Shown in pieces: positions 25,966 through 34,034 of a DNA stretch of 64,000 bases. Each line of letters begins with the position of its first letter. Position 1 is the stretch's first letter. This DNA comes from Candidatus Nealsonbacteria bacterium (lineage in GTDB: Bacteria; Patescibacteriota; Minisyncoccia; Minisyncoccales; DAOVPY01): assembly GCA_030628945.1 (NCBI GenBank), contig DAOVPY010000003.1:1297-65296 (forward strand). Reading direction: 5' to 3'. The notes under the pieces are model-generated. The model made no database searches, had not been told where the DNA came from, and saw only the letters and a list, made by a program, of their open reading frames with translations. The translations under genes were made by a program, and so were the position numbers.

Positions 25966-25972
25966 GAAGTAT

Positions 25973-27166
25973 ATGGCAAAGCAAACTTTATACAAAACCG
26001 CGCCTTTGTGTTTAGGCGTTCTGGCAGTTTCGTTCCTGCTCGGTTATATTGTCCTTGCCTGGACAGAGCCGTCTGTCGCTCCTCCGGGCGGCAATGTAGA
26101 CGCGCCAATAAACGTGGGAACGGATTATCAGGTTAAGGACGGTGATTTAGGCCTAAGAACCTTTTACATAGACGATATTAAGATTGGAGGAACCATCCCT
26201 GACTTATATTCCGCGCACGGAAATCTGATTGTAAAGAACAGCAGCAACAAGGTTACCCTGGAAATAGACGGCAGCGCAGGCAATATCACAATGTCCGGCG
26301 ATTTAGAGGTGAGCAAAGGAATTATCCTGGGAGGAGAGAAAAGAACTACCTGGCCAGGCGGAGAATCCGACATTTTAGATATTCTCTATTTTGGTTCTGG
26401 AAAAGACGGCGATATTGTGATAACTTCAAATACAACACTTTCAAGAGATATGGAATATAGAAATTTAACAATAAATTCCGGCGCCCTTAATCCAAATGGC
26501 TGGAGAATTTTCGTGTCAAATACTTTAACAATAGCATCCGGAGGAAAGATTAGCAGGAATGGAACAAGCAATGGCTCTGCTCTTGCGGCTCACACTATTG
26601 GTGGTTCAGGGGCAGGGGCGCCTGGAGTTAGAAGTCCTTATCCTCGTCATCCTCTTGTTAAAGGGGCGAAAGGCGAAGATTCTGAAGCAGGAGGAAATGG
26701 AGGAGCCGGTGGTAGTTGCGGCGCAGGTGGCGGAGCAGGAGGAAAAGGTGGCAATTGGGTTATTAATGGAATTCCAGGAATAGCTCCTATTATTATTCCG
26801 AGAAGCGGTGGAGCTGGCGGGGGCAGTGGAGATGCAGACGGTTATGGTGGATGTGCAGCAAGTAGTCGCGTAGGCGCAAGCGGCGGCGGAGTACTTGTTA
26901 TTTTCGCAAAAAATATAGTAATGAATGGAGACATAACTGCGAAAGGTGGCAATGGAGTAAATGCATACGGATGCGGTTGCGGTGGGCCCACACGTGGCGG
27001 TTCTGGCGGCGGGGGTGGCGGCCATATATTTTTAGCTTATAAAACAAAAACAGGTTCTGGAATAATAGACGTCTCTGGGGGAAACGGCGGCAACGGTTGT
27101 GTAGGTTGCGGTAATGGACAAAATGGCAGTCCAGGTTATAGCAGAGGATATCAGGTTACATATTAA
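25973..27166 (+). CDS. Membrane-anchored surface protein, AWTEP N-terminal module plus Gly-rich C-terminal domain
   Basis: Start chosen by homology to the 12480 paralogue (MAKQ...). TM PLCLGVLAVSFLLGYIVLAWTEP. The C-terminal half is made of GGxGG/GGNG runs interspersed with short hydrophobic strands. Confidence 0.75.
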   Translation: MAKQTLYKTAPLCLGVLAVSFLLGYIVLAWTEPSVAPPGGNVDAPINVGTDYQVKDGDLGLRTFYIDDIKIGGTIPDLYSAHGNLIVKNSSNKVTLEIDGSAGNITMSGDLEVSKGIILGGEKRTTWPGGESDILDILYFGSGKDGDIVITSNTTLSRDMEYRNLTINSGALNPNGWRIFVSNTLTIASGGKISRNGTSNGSALAAHTIGGSGAGAPGVRSPYPRHPLVKGAKGEDSEAGGNGGAGGSCGAGGGAGGKGGNWVINGIPGIAPIIIPRSGGAGGGSGDADGYGGCAASSRVGASGGGVLVIFAKNIVMNGDITAKGGNGVNAYGCGCGGPTRGGSGGGGGGHIFLAYKTKTGSGIIDVSGGNGGNGCVGCGNGQNGSPGYSRGYQVTY

Positions 27167-27323
27167 TTAAAACGAAAAATTCGGGATGTTTCTGAATTTT
27201 CTCAATTCTATTTTGGAATTTGTACAAATTAGTGGATGTTGAGGTCTGACCTTAACAGCCCCCTAAGTCAACACTTTTCCACAGGGATTTTTGTTAGGAA
27301 ATGTGCTATTGTATAAAAATACA

Positions 27324-28706
27324 ATGTCAAAGAAAAACTTTCTAAAAATTTGTTCAGTTATTCTGGGAGGAATTTTAGTGGTTTTAGTTTTTTCTCAAAT
27401 TCCGGTTTATGATTTGTTTATCGCGGAAAAAACAATTGCCGGCGATGATGATAATATTTCTGGCTGGGCTTGGTCAGAAAATATCGGCTGGGTGAGTTTT
27501 AATTGCAATAATCCGGAATTATCAGCGCCCCGATGCAATAAAGATTACGGCGTAAATATTAATGACGCTACTGGAAAATTTTCCGGCTATGCCTGGTCCA
27601 GGGGGACTGACGCGGATGAAGGCGGAGTGGGTTGGATTGATTTTGCTCCAACTGGCCCTTATCCCGGGGCGCCGAATTATTCCGTTTGCGTAAATCTTCC
27701 CAATATCAGCAACGAAGTTTGCGAAGCGGATTTATTAAAGGGCCAGATTGGCGGTTGGGCAAGAGTGGTGTCTTCCGGAGAATGGATTAAATTAAGAGGA
27801 ACTAATTACGGGGTTTACGTAGATAAGACAACCGGTGAATTTCACGGCTGGGCATATGGCGGAGAATCCATGGGCTGGCTCAGTTTTAACTGCGTTGAAG
27901 GCGGAGATTGCGGAGATTCAGATTACAAAGTGAAAACTGCTTTGTCTTTTAATTCTGCCCCGGATAAACCGGGAATTGACCTTGCATATCCGGAAGGAGA
28001 AAGTTTGAGTCATTGTTCTTTTCAGGGAAAATCCATTCCCAGTTTTTATTGGACTTATTCCGACCCGGAAACCAATCCACAAATCGGTTATGAGATTTGG
28101 ATAGATGATGATCCCGGTTTTCTTGACCCGAAATTTAATAATTTGGTGGAAGCAAGCGCGTCCACGGCTTATACCTTGGATCTCAGTCAGGATGATGAGT
28201 GTCCCGGTGATTGCTGGCTTTCTAATCTTGCCTGGAACACTACTTATTACTGGAAAGTAAAAGTAACAGATGATATAGATGACCCTTCCCATTGGTCAGA
28301 ATGGTCAGATGTAAATTCGTTCGCCACGCCAAAGCATGCCTGGCCCTGGCCCGATTTTGCCCCCTCGCCCGTTCATCCGGGAGTTAACGGGATTGTCCAT
28401 TTTATTCAGAACGGCGCGTTTCCCCATGAAGATTATAAATCTTTGTGTTATGCAGGGGGCGAGCATCTTTGCGAAGATGATTCAAATGTCGTATATGAAT
28501 GGGATATTGGAAACGGCCAGATTCCCGATATTTGCGATATAGATATTAATTGCAGGGGAAACGCCACCACCACTTATACCGCTATGGGAACATATACAAT
28601 AAAATTAACAATAACCGATACGACTCTTCCTGGAACTTGCAGCCGTTCAAAACCAATAAATATTAGCCTTCCTTTCCCAATATGGGAAGAAATCCGTCCG
28701 CAATAA
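27324..28706 (+). CDS. Membrane-anchored surface protein with GWxW...GW(I/L)(S/D)F repeats and a C-terminal PKD-like domain
   Basis: TM ICSVILGGILVVLVF. Repeats ISGWAWSENIGWVSFNC, FSGYAWS..GVGWIDFAP, FHGWAYGGESMGWLSFNC. C-terminal YEWDIGNG...YTIKLTITD. Confidence 0.7.
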   Translation: MSKKNFLKICSVILGGILVVLVFSQIPVYDLFIAEKTIAGDDDNISGWAWSENIGWVSFNCNNPELSAPRCNKDYGVNINDATGKFSGYAWSRGTDADEGGVGWIDFAPTGPYPGAPNYSVCVNLPNISNEVCEADLLKGQIGGWARVVSSGEWIKLRGTNYGVYVDKTTGEFHGWAYGGESMGWLSFNCVEGGDCGDSDYKVKTALSFNSAPDKPGIDLAYPEGESLSHCSFQGKSIPSFYWTYSDPETNPQIGYEIWIDDDPGFLDPKFNNLVEASASTAYTLDLSQDDECPGDCWLSNLAWNTTYYWKVKVTDDIDDPSHWSEWSDVNSFATPKHAWPWPDFAPSPVHPGVNGIVHFIQNGAFPHEDYKSLCYAGGEHLCEDDSNVVYEWDIGNGQIPDICDIDINCRGNATTTYTAMGTYTIKLTITDTTLPGTCSRSKPINISLPFPIWEEIRPQ

Positions 28707-28762
28707 AAATTTTTCTATACGTTCAGGTTTTTTGTATTGGAATTTCTAAACGCTTGCAATTC

Positions 28763-28787
28763 ACCCTTAAAAAGGGGTTATTTTTTT
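28763..28787 (+). terminator. Weak intrinsic terminator
   Basis: accctt-aaaa-aggggt followed by tattttttt. Confidence 0.45.
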
Positions 28788-28820
28788 AGTTGTAAAAAGA
28801 TTGAAAGATAATTATTTTTA

Positions 28821-28829
28821 TGATAGAAT
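28821..28829 (+). promoter_or_regulatory. Extended -10 promoter (TGaTAGAAT) for the tRNA cluster
   Basis: tgatagaat lies 19 nt upstream of the tRNA-Tyr 5' end. Confidence 0.5.
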
Positions 28830-28848
28830 TAAAATTGAAATTGAAATC

Positions 28849-28931
28849 GGGTAGGTACCAAAGTGGCTAAACGGGTGTGGCTGTAAACCACATGGCTTCG
28901 GCCTTCGGGGGTTCGAATCCCTCCCTGCCCA
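28849..28931 (+). tRNA. tRNA-Tyr (GTA), long variable arm, no encoded CCA
   Basis: Manual fold. Acceptor gggtagg/cctgccc, anticodon stem tgtgg/ccaca with loop ctGTAaa, variable arm ggcttcggcc, T-loop ggttcgaat. Confidence 0.85.
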
Positions 28932-28935
28932 CACG

Positions 28936-28975
28936 GAAATTTTAGTTGCTGAAAGCAACTTAAAATTTCTGTTTT
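28936..28975 (+). terminator. 14-bp hairpin immediately after tRNA-Tyr
   Basis: gaaattttagttgc-tgaaa-gcaac(t)taaaatttc followed by tgtttt. Confidence 0.5.
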
Positions 28976-28980
28976 GAGAT

Positions 28981-29071
28981 AGGGAGTGGGGGCGTGTAAT
29001 TCCCGAATTCCGAGCCCCGCTGAAAGCGGGGCGAGGGAATGCCTTCGGGCAACTTTCCCTCCCTGCCCACA
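28981..29071 (+). repeat. Structured spacer ending in a degenerate copy of the tRNA-Tyr 3' part
   Basis: 29041-29071 (gccttcggg...tccctccctgcccaca) repeats 28901-28933 except in the T-loop. Internal hairpins are ccccgc-tgaaa-gcgggg and gcc-ttcg-ggc, plus the pairing aattccc/gggaat. Confidence 0.6.
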
Positions 29072-29079
29072 ATAATTTC

Positions 29080-29153
29080 GCCTGGATAGCTCAGATGGTT
29101 AGAGCACTTCATTGGTAATGAAGAGGTCAGCGGTTCAATTCCGCTTCCAGGCT
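29080..29153 (+). tRNA. tRNA-Thr (GGT)
   Basis: Manual fold. Acceptor gcctgga/tccaggc, D-arm gctc...gagc, anticodon stem cttca/tgaag with loop ttGGTaa, T-arm agcgg-ttcaatt-ccgct. Confidence 0.9.
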
Positions 29154-29236
29154 CATATCCTTAATTTTTAATTTTGCTCTGTCATTTTGCATTTTTCATT
29201 TTGAATTTTGCATTTGACTGAATGAAATGAAGGAAT

Positions 29237-29401
29237 ATGGCTACAAAAAAGAAACCATTTATAAAACTTCAGTGCAAGGAATGCAAAAACATAAATTATT
29301 TTGTTCGCAAATCCAAAGGCGCGGTTGAGATAAAATTAGAATTGAAAAAATACTGCAAAAAATGCCGCAAGCACACAACGCACAAAGAAATGAAGAGATA
29401 A
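29237..29401 (+). CDS. rpmG: 50S ribosomal protein L33 (below the ORF-track length cutoff)
   Basis: Own translation: MATKKKPFIKLQCKECKNINYFVRKSKGAVEIKLELKKYCKKCRKHTTHKEMKR, with the two CxxC pairs typical of L33. Confidence 0.85.
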   Translation: MATKKKPFIKLQCKECKNINYFVRKSKGAVEIKLELKKYCKKCRKHTTHKEMKR

Positions 29402-29406
29402 ACTAT

Positions 29407-29757
29407 ATGGAGATAACAATCGTAAAAGATTCTATAAGCAAAAAAGAGCTTGTTGATATTGCGGAACAACAATTTGGCGATTTAGTAAAAGCGGTGGTGG
29501 ATATTGAGCAAGAAATAATGGCTATAGGCGGTGAACTGCACTCGGATGAGGAAGTGGCATTAATGGAACAAGAAGGAGCGAAACGGGAACATACTTGGGG
29601 TATTAATCTTTATCCTGAAAAGACCGGTGATGATTGGATTGAGTTTGATTCTGTAATTAATCTGAAACCTTCATTTGATAATCGCTCGCGAGGGGTAGAA
29701 AATTCTGAAACAAGAAAAAAAATTCAAAACATTATCCAAAAATTGGTTGTTTCATAG
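29407..29757 (+). CDS. Hypothetical protein, DUF5674-like
   Basis: Start MEITIVKD. The conserved-looking block MAIGGELHSDEE...WGINLYP is family recall only. Confidence 0.45.
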   Translation: MEITIVKDSISKKELVDIAEQQFGDLVKAVVDIEQEIMAIGGELHSDEEVALMEQEGAKREHTWGINLYPEKTGDDWIEFDSVINLKPSFDNRSRGVENSETRKKIQNIIQKLVVS

Positions 29758-29761
29758 TATA

Positions 29762-30103
29762 ATGCCTTTATTTATACATCAAAATTTAGCTTCCGGAAGA
29801 TGGTTTCAGCTTTCACTTTGTGAGCAACTCGCTAATATCGGCAGCGAGGTGAGCCGAGCGCGCAAATGGCAGGGGAAAGACGAAAATATTTTTCGGGGCG
29901 CGGTTGAGCGAGCGCTTGAACTTTTTGATTTAACCCTTGCTGACCCGCGCTGGCGAGGACGTCTAAGAGAGATTGGCCGTTTAAGGGAAGTATTTTGCGA
30001 CGTTGTTACGGGCGGCAAGGAATATAAAAGCACATTCAAGGGTTTAGAACAATATTTATTTCCTTTTGCTTTCCTCTCGCGACGTCAAATTAACAATTTG
30101 TAA
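29762..30103 (+). CDS. Hypothetical helical protein
   Basis: ORF-track frame with the start moved to MPLFIHQ. Contains LANIGSEVSRA...ALELFDLTLADPRW; no domain assigned. Confidence 0.45.
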   Translation: MPLFIHQNLASGRWFQLSLCEQLANIGSEVSRARKWQGKDENIFRGAVERALELFDLTLADPRWRGRLREIGRLREVFCDVVTGGKEYKSTFKGLEQYLFPFAFLSRRQINNL

Positions 30104-30140
30104 TTTGTAATTTAGGATTTCTTTTGTAAAGCAAAAGCAT

Positions 30141-30211
30141 GGGGGCGTGGTGAAATGGCATCATAGAAATCTCCAAAATTTTTGTTCCGGGTTCGAATCC
30201 TGGCGCCCCTG
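30141..30211 (+). tRNA. tRNA-Trp (CCA)
   Basis: Manual fold. Acceptor gggggcg/cgcccct, anticodon stem gaaat/atttt with loop ctCCAaa, T-arm ccggg-ttcgaat-cctgg. Confidence 0.8.
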
Positions 30212-30247
30212 CTGTTGTTGTTGCTATTCTGAATAGAGTTTGGTAAA

Positions 30248-31186
30248 ATGAAAATGATGGAAAATAATTTTTACAATCAAGAGCGAGGATTTGTTGGCAT
30301 AATTGCTGTTTTGGCTGCGGTTATTTTAATTTTTACTGGTTTGTATTTTTATCTTCAAACACAGGCCCCGGAAATAGATGAAATGACCGAAGAGCTGGTG
30401 GAAGAAAAAATAGTTGAACCGGAAAAAGAAACCATTTCTCCTGTTAAGGAACAAGTTGAAGAAGAAAAATTTGAAATTACTAAACCAGAAGTAGAAATAA
30501 CTGCTCGCCGCATTGGGACTGCTAATAAAAATTTGCCGCTCGGAACAGGTTTTAATATTTTGTTTGCTCTCGCGGAATACCAAGAATTTGAAAAGGGCGA
30601 AGAGCTGCAGGCAGAAGTCCGAATAGCGCCTTCAAAAGAAATTACCGCTCTTCAAACTTGGGCCGTGGGATATACTATTAAAAATACCACTGATTCTTCT
30701 TTCGCTTTGACTTACGACTTTAAACCTTCTTCTTACAAAACATCGGGGGCAGTAGCAGTTGACCCGGACGGAAATGGGCCAAAAGAATATTTCTATTATA
30801 CTTTTGGAGAAGAAGTTTTACTGTTGCCAAATAGCGAACAATATCTTGATATCTCTCTTATCCCGCCAAAGGATTTAACCGAGATTACTCCAAAAGTAAT
30901 TTTTAAAGGATTCAGCGCAAAAGACCCGTTTTTCATTCACGAATTCGCTGTGAAAATAATTTCTGTTCATTGTGGCGAATGCAAAAAGCCTGTTTGTAAA
31001 GAAGGAGAAATTCTTTGGGATGTTGGCGGAGTAGATGACTGCATGTGTCCAATATTTTACTGCGTTCAATCTGGAGAAAGATGCGTGATAATAAGTCCTG
31101 AAGGAGCGTGTATTGAAACTCCTTTATCCTGCGACGAGATAGGAATAGGAGAAGGGTGGACCATTGTTGATGAATGTCCTGAGTAA
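30248..31186 (+). CDS. Membrane-anchored hypothetical protein with Cys-rich C-terminus
   Basis: TM FVGIIAVLAAVILIFTGLYFYL; the C-terminal 70 aa contain 11 Cys. Confidence 0.55.
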   Translation: MKMMENNFYNQERGFVGIIAVLAAVILIFTGLYFYLQTQAPEIDEMTEELVEEKIVEPEKETISPVKEQVEEEKFEITKPEVEITARRIGTANKNLPLGTGFNILFALAEYQEFEKGEELQAEVRIAPSKEITALQTWAVGYTIKNTTDSSFALTYDFKPSSYKTSGAVAVDPDGNGPKEYFYYTFGEEVLLLPNSEQYLDISLIPPKDLTEITPKVIFKGFSAKDPFFIHEFAVKIISVHCGECKKPVCKEGEILWDVGGVDDCMCPIFYCVQSGERCVIISPEGACIETPLSCDEIGIGEGWTIVDECPE

Positions 31187-31290
31187 TATTTAGGCGCAAA
31201 AAATATACGCGCCGGCGCCCCTGCTTGATTTCCTGTTTTCACACAGGATTTTTTCTTGTCTTAAAGGCAAAATTTGGATACAATAAAGTA

Positions 31291-34029
31291 ATGAAGGAAG
31301 AAATTTTACCCCCCGCCACTTTTGGCGTTTCGCCAAAAGTGGCGGGGGGCGCGTGGCACAATTTGGAATGGGAAGAGGTGGTGAAGAAATTCGGCTCAAA
31401 CGTTGAAACGGGTTTAACCGAGAAAGAAGTGAAAATCCGCAGAAGAAAATTTGGAGCCAATGAATTGCCCGCGGAAAAACCTTTTTCTAAAACAAGGATA
31501 TTTTTGGAGCAAATCAGAAGCCCCCTGGTTTATATTTTAATAGTTGCCGGAATCGTCACTTTTCTTTTCAAAGAATACACCGACTGTATGGTTATTTTCG
31601 GCGCTGTTTTTTTGAATACCATTGTTGGTTATTTTCAGGAAAATAAGGCATCAAACGCTCTTAGACAGCTCAAAAAAATAGTCAGGCACAGCGCTCGGGT
31701 AGTCAGAGATGGAGGCGAAAGCATAAAGGATTCTTCTGACTTGGTAATCGGAGATATTTTTATTTTAAATCCCGGAGACAGGGTTCCGGCAGACGGACGG
31801 CTGATAGAAGTTCACAATTTAAAAATCAATGAAATGTGCCTTACAGGGGAGTGGCTGCCGGCAACAAAGCGCCTGGATATTTTGCCTGAAAAGACCTCTC
31901 TGGCCGACAGAGACAATATGGTTTATATGGGTTCTATTGTTGAGGACGGAAAGGCCGCGGCAATAGCCGTTGGGACCGGAATTCAAACCGAGATAGGAAG
32001 AGTCGCTGAAATGGTGAAGGAAACCAAAGAAGAAAAGACCTCTCTTCAAAAAAAATTAGCCCGTTTTAGCAAAATTATCGGGATGATTATTGCCGTTGTT
32101 TGCGTTGGTATTTTTATTGAAGGAGTAATAACAGGCGTGGAGGTTATAGAAATGTTTACCATTGCCGTTGCCGTTGCGGTCGCCGCTATTCCAGAGGGAC
32201 TGCCAGTGGCTATGACCGTAATTTTGGCTCTGGGAATGACCAGGATTTTGAAAAGAAAGGGATTAGTGAGGAAATTAGTCGCCGCGGAAACTCTTGGCTC
32301 TACTTCAATAATTTGCACCGACAAGACCGCTACTCTGACCCAGGGGAAAATGAGAGTGAGCGAGATTTTTACTCCCGGGCAAATTTTTAACAAGAAGGAT
32401 ATGGACAAAGGAAGCGCCTCCTTAACAATGGCTCTAAAAATTGCCGCGCTTTGCAATGAAGCGTTTATTGAAAATCCCGAAGCAATGATGGAGAAATGGA
32501 TTATTCGGGGGAGACCCACTGACAAGGCGTTGCTTTCGGCAAGCATAGAGGCCGGTATTAATAAAAAAGAATTAGAGCAACAGCTCTTTGAAATTGATGA
32601 AGTTCCCTTTGATTCAATTCATAAATACATTGCCAAACTCTATCAAACAAAAAATGATTCCCGGGTTTTATATGTCTGCGGCGCCCCCGAGAAAATTTTG
32701 GGTCTGTCTGATTATTTTGAAATAGACAACAAAATAGAAGAATTAAGCGTTGGCAAATTAAAACAAATGGAATTAAAATTAGATGATTTAACTGGAAAAG
32801 GGATGAGGGTAGTGGCAGTGGGGTACAAGGAAGCGAAAAGCGAAAAGCGAAAAGCGAAAAGATTAGAGGAAGAAGTAAAAAATCTGGTTTTTGCGGGATT
32901 TATTGCGTTGAAAGACCCGTTGAGGAAAGAAGTCAAAGGAGCGATTAAGATTTGCCAACAAGCGGGAATGAAGCCGATTATTGTGACAGGCGACCATAAA
33001 TTGACAGCCAGGGCAGTAGCCGAGGAATTGGGCTTAAAAATAAAAGAAGAGCATATTTTAGAAGGAGAAGAATTAGACCAATTTTCAGACGAGGAATTTG
33101 ACCGGCGGGTTAAAGATATTCAAATTTACGCCAGAGTGGAACCAAAACATAAAATGAGAATTATCAGCGCCTGGCAAAGGAGGGGAGAGGTGGTTGCAAT
33201 GACCGGCGATGGAATCAATGACGCGCCGGCGCTGAAAAAAGCGGATATTGGCGTAGCTTTGGGTTCCGGCTCCGAAGTGGCAAAAGAGGTCTCCGACCTG
33301 ATACTTTTGCCGGATTCTTTTGATATTATTGTTGCGGCTATAGAAGAAGGAAGGGCGATTATTGACAACATCAGGAAGGTGATTACCTATCTGCTCTCTG
33401 ATAGTTTTACCGAAGTAATTTTAATTGGAGTAAGCCTGATGCTGGGTTTGCCTCTGCCGATTGTAGCGGTTCAGGTTTTGTGGGTGAATCTTATTGAAGA
33501 CGGCCCGCTCGGTCTCTGTCTTGCCTTTGAACCGAAAGAAAAAGATTTAATGCGCAGAAAACCCGAGAGCAGCGATATTCCTCTTTTGACCAAAGAGATG
33601 AAAGCGTTGATTTTTATCATTGGATTAATAACCGACATTTTACTTTTGGCCCTGTTTTTTTGGCTTTTGAGATATTCTAATTATGAAATTCCACATATTC
33701 AATCAATAATTTTTGCCGGATTAACCATTGATTCTCTTTTTTATGTTTTCTCCTGTAAAAGTTTGCGTAGAAATCTCTGGCATATAAATCCCTTTTCCAA
33801 TAAATTTTTAATTCTTGCCTGGGCGCTCGGGATAATCGCTTTGCTTGCGGCATTATATGTTCCTGTTCTTCAGACCCTTTTAAAAACCGTGCCCCTGAGT
33901 TTATTTGACTGGCAGCTTGTTTTGGGTTTGGGCTTATTGAATATACTATTGATTGAAGCCACCAAATGGTATTTTATCACGAAATTGCCCCTCACCCTTT
34001 CGCCTGAAGGCGAAAGGGTGAGGGGTTAG
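31291..34029 (+). CDS. P-type ATPase, Ca2+-transporting (P2 type)
   Basis: TGE motif, phosphorylation site CTDKTATLT (Ala replaces the usual Gly of DKTGT), TGDGINDAPALKKADIG, 10-TM layout. The ATG at 31291 is preferred over the upstream extension. Confidence 0.9.
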   Translation: MKEEILPPATFGVSPKVAGGAWHNLEWEEVVKKFGSNVETGLTEKEVKIRRRKFGANELPAEKPFSKTRIFLEQIRSPLVYILIVAGIVTFLFKEYTDCMVIFGAVFLNTIVGYFQENKASNALRQLKKIVRHSARVVRDGGESIKDSSDLVIGDIFILNPGDRVPADGRLIEVHNLKINEMCLTGEWLPATKRLDILPEKTSLADRDNMVYMGSIVEDGKAAAIAVGTGIQTEIGRVAEMVKETKEEKTSLQKKLARFSKIIGMIIAVVCVGIFIEGVITGVEVIEMFTIAVAVAVAAIPEGLPVAMTVILALGMTRILKRKGLVRKLVAAETLGSTSIICTDKTATLTQGKMRVSEIFTPGQIFNKKDMDKGSASLTMALKIAALCNEAFIENPEAMMEKWIIRGRPTDKALLSASIEAGINKKELEQQLFEIDEVPFDSIHKYIAKLYQTKNDSRVLYVCGAPEKILGLSDYFEIDNKIEELSVGKLKQMELKLDDLTGKGMRVVAVGYKEAKSEKRKAKRLEEEVKNLVFAGFIALKDPLRKEVKGAIKICQQAGMKPIIVTGDHKLTARAVAEELGLKIKEEHILEGEELDQFSDEEFDRRVKDIQIYARVEPKHKMRIISAWQRRGEVVAMTGDGINDAPALKKADIGVALGSGSEVAKEVSDLILLPDSFDIIVAAIEEGRAIIDNIRKVITYLLSDSFTEVILIGVSLMLGLPLPIVAVQVLWVNLIEDGPLGLCLAFEPKEKDLMRRKPESSDIPLLTKEMKALIFIIGLITDILLLALFFWLLRYSNYEIPHIQSIIFAGLTIDSLFYVFSCKSLRRNLWHINPFSNKFLILAWALGIIALLAALYVPVLQTLLKTVPLSLFDWQLVLGLGLLNILLIEATKWYFITKLPLTLSPEGERVRG
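31309..31349. repeat. 19-bp perfect hairpin in frame near the ATPase N-terminus
   Basis: ccccccgccacttttggcg-ttt-cgccaaaagtggcgggggg, encoding LPPATFGVSPKVAGGA. Confidence 0.75.
33989..34026. repeat. 17-bp perfect hairpin forming the last 13 codons of the ATPase ORF
   Basis: cccctcaccctttcgcc-tgaa-ggcgaaagggtgagggg, followed immediately by the TAG stop. Confidence 0.75.
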
Positions 34030-34034
34030 CGATT

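Noticed and set aside
28818-29072. An 84-aa minus-strand ORF.
   Set aside because: It lies entirely over tRNA-Tyr and the structured spacer, so it is judged spurious.
31225-31290. The 22-codon upstream extension of the P-type ATPase ORF.
   Set aside because: The extension is hydrophobic nonsense upstream of a tacaat box. The ATG at 31291 gives the canonical N-terminus.
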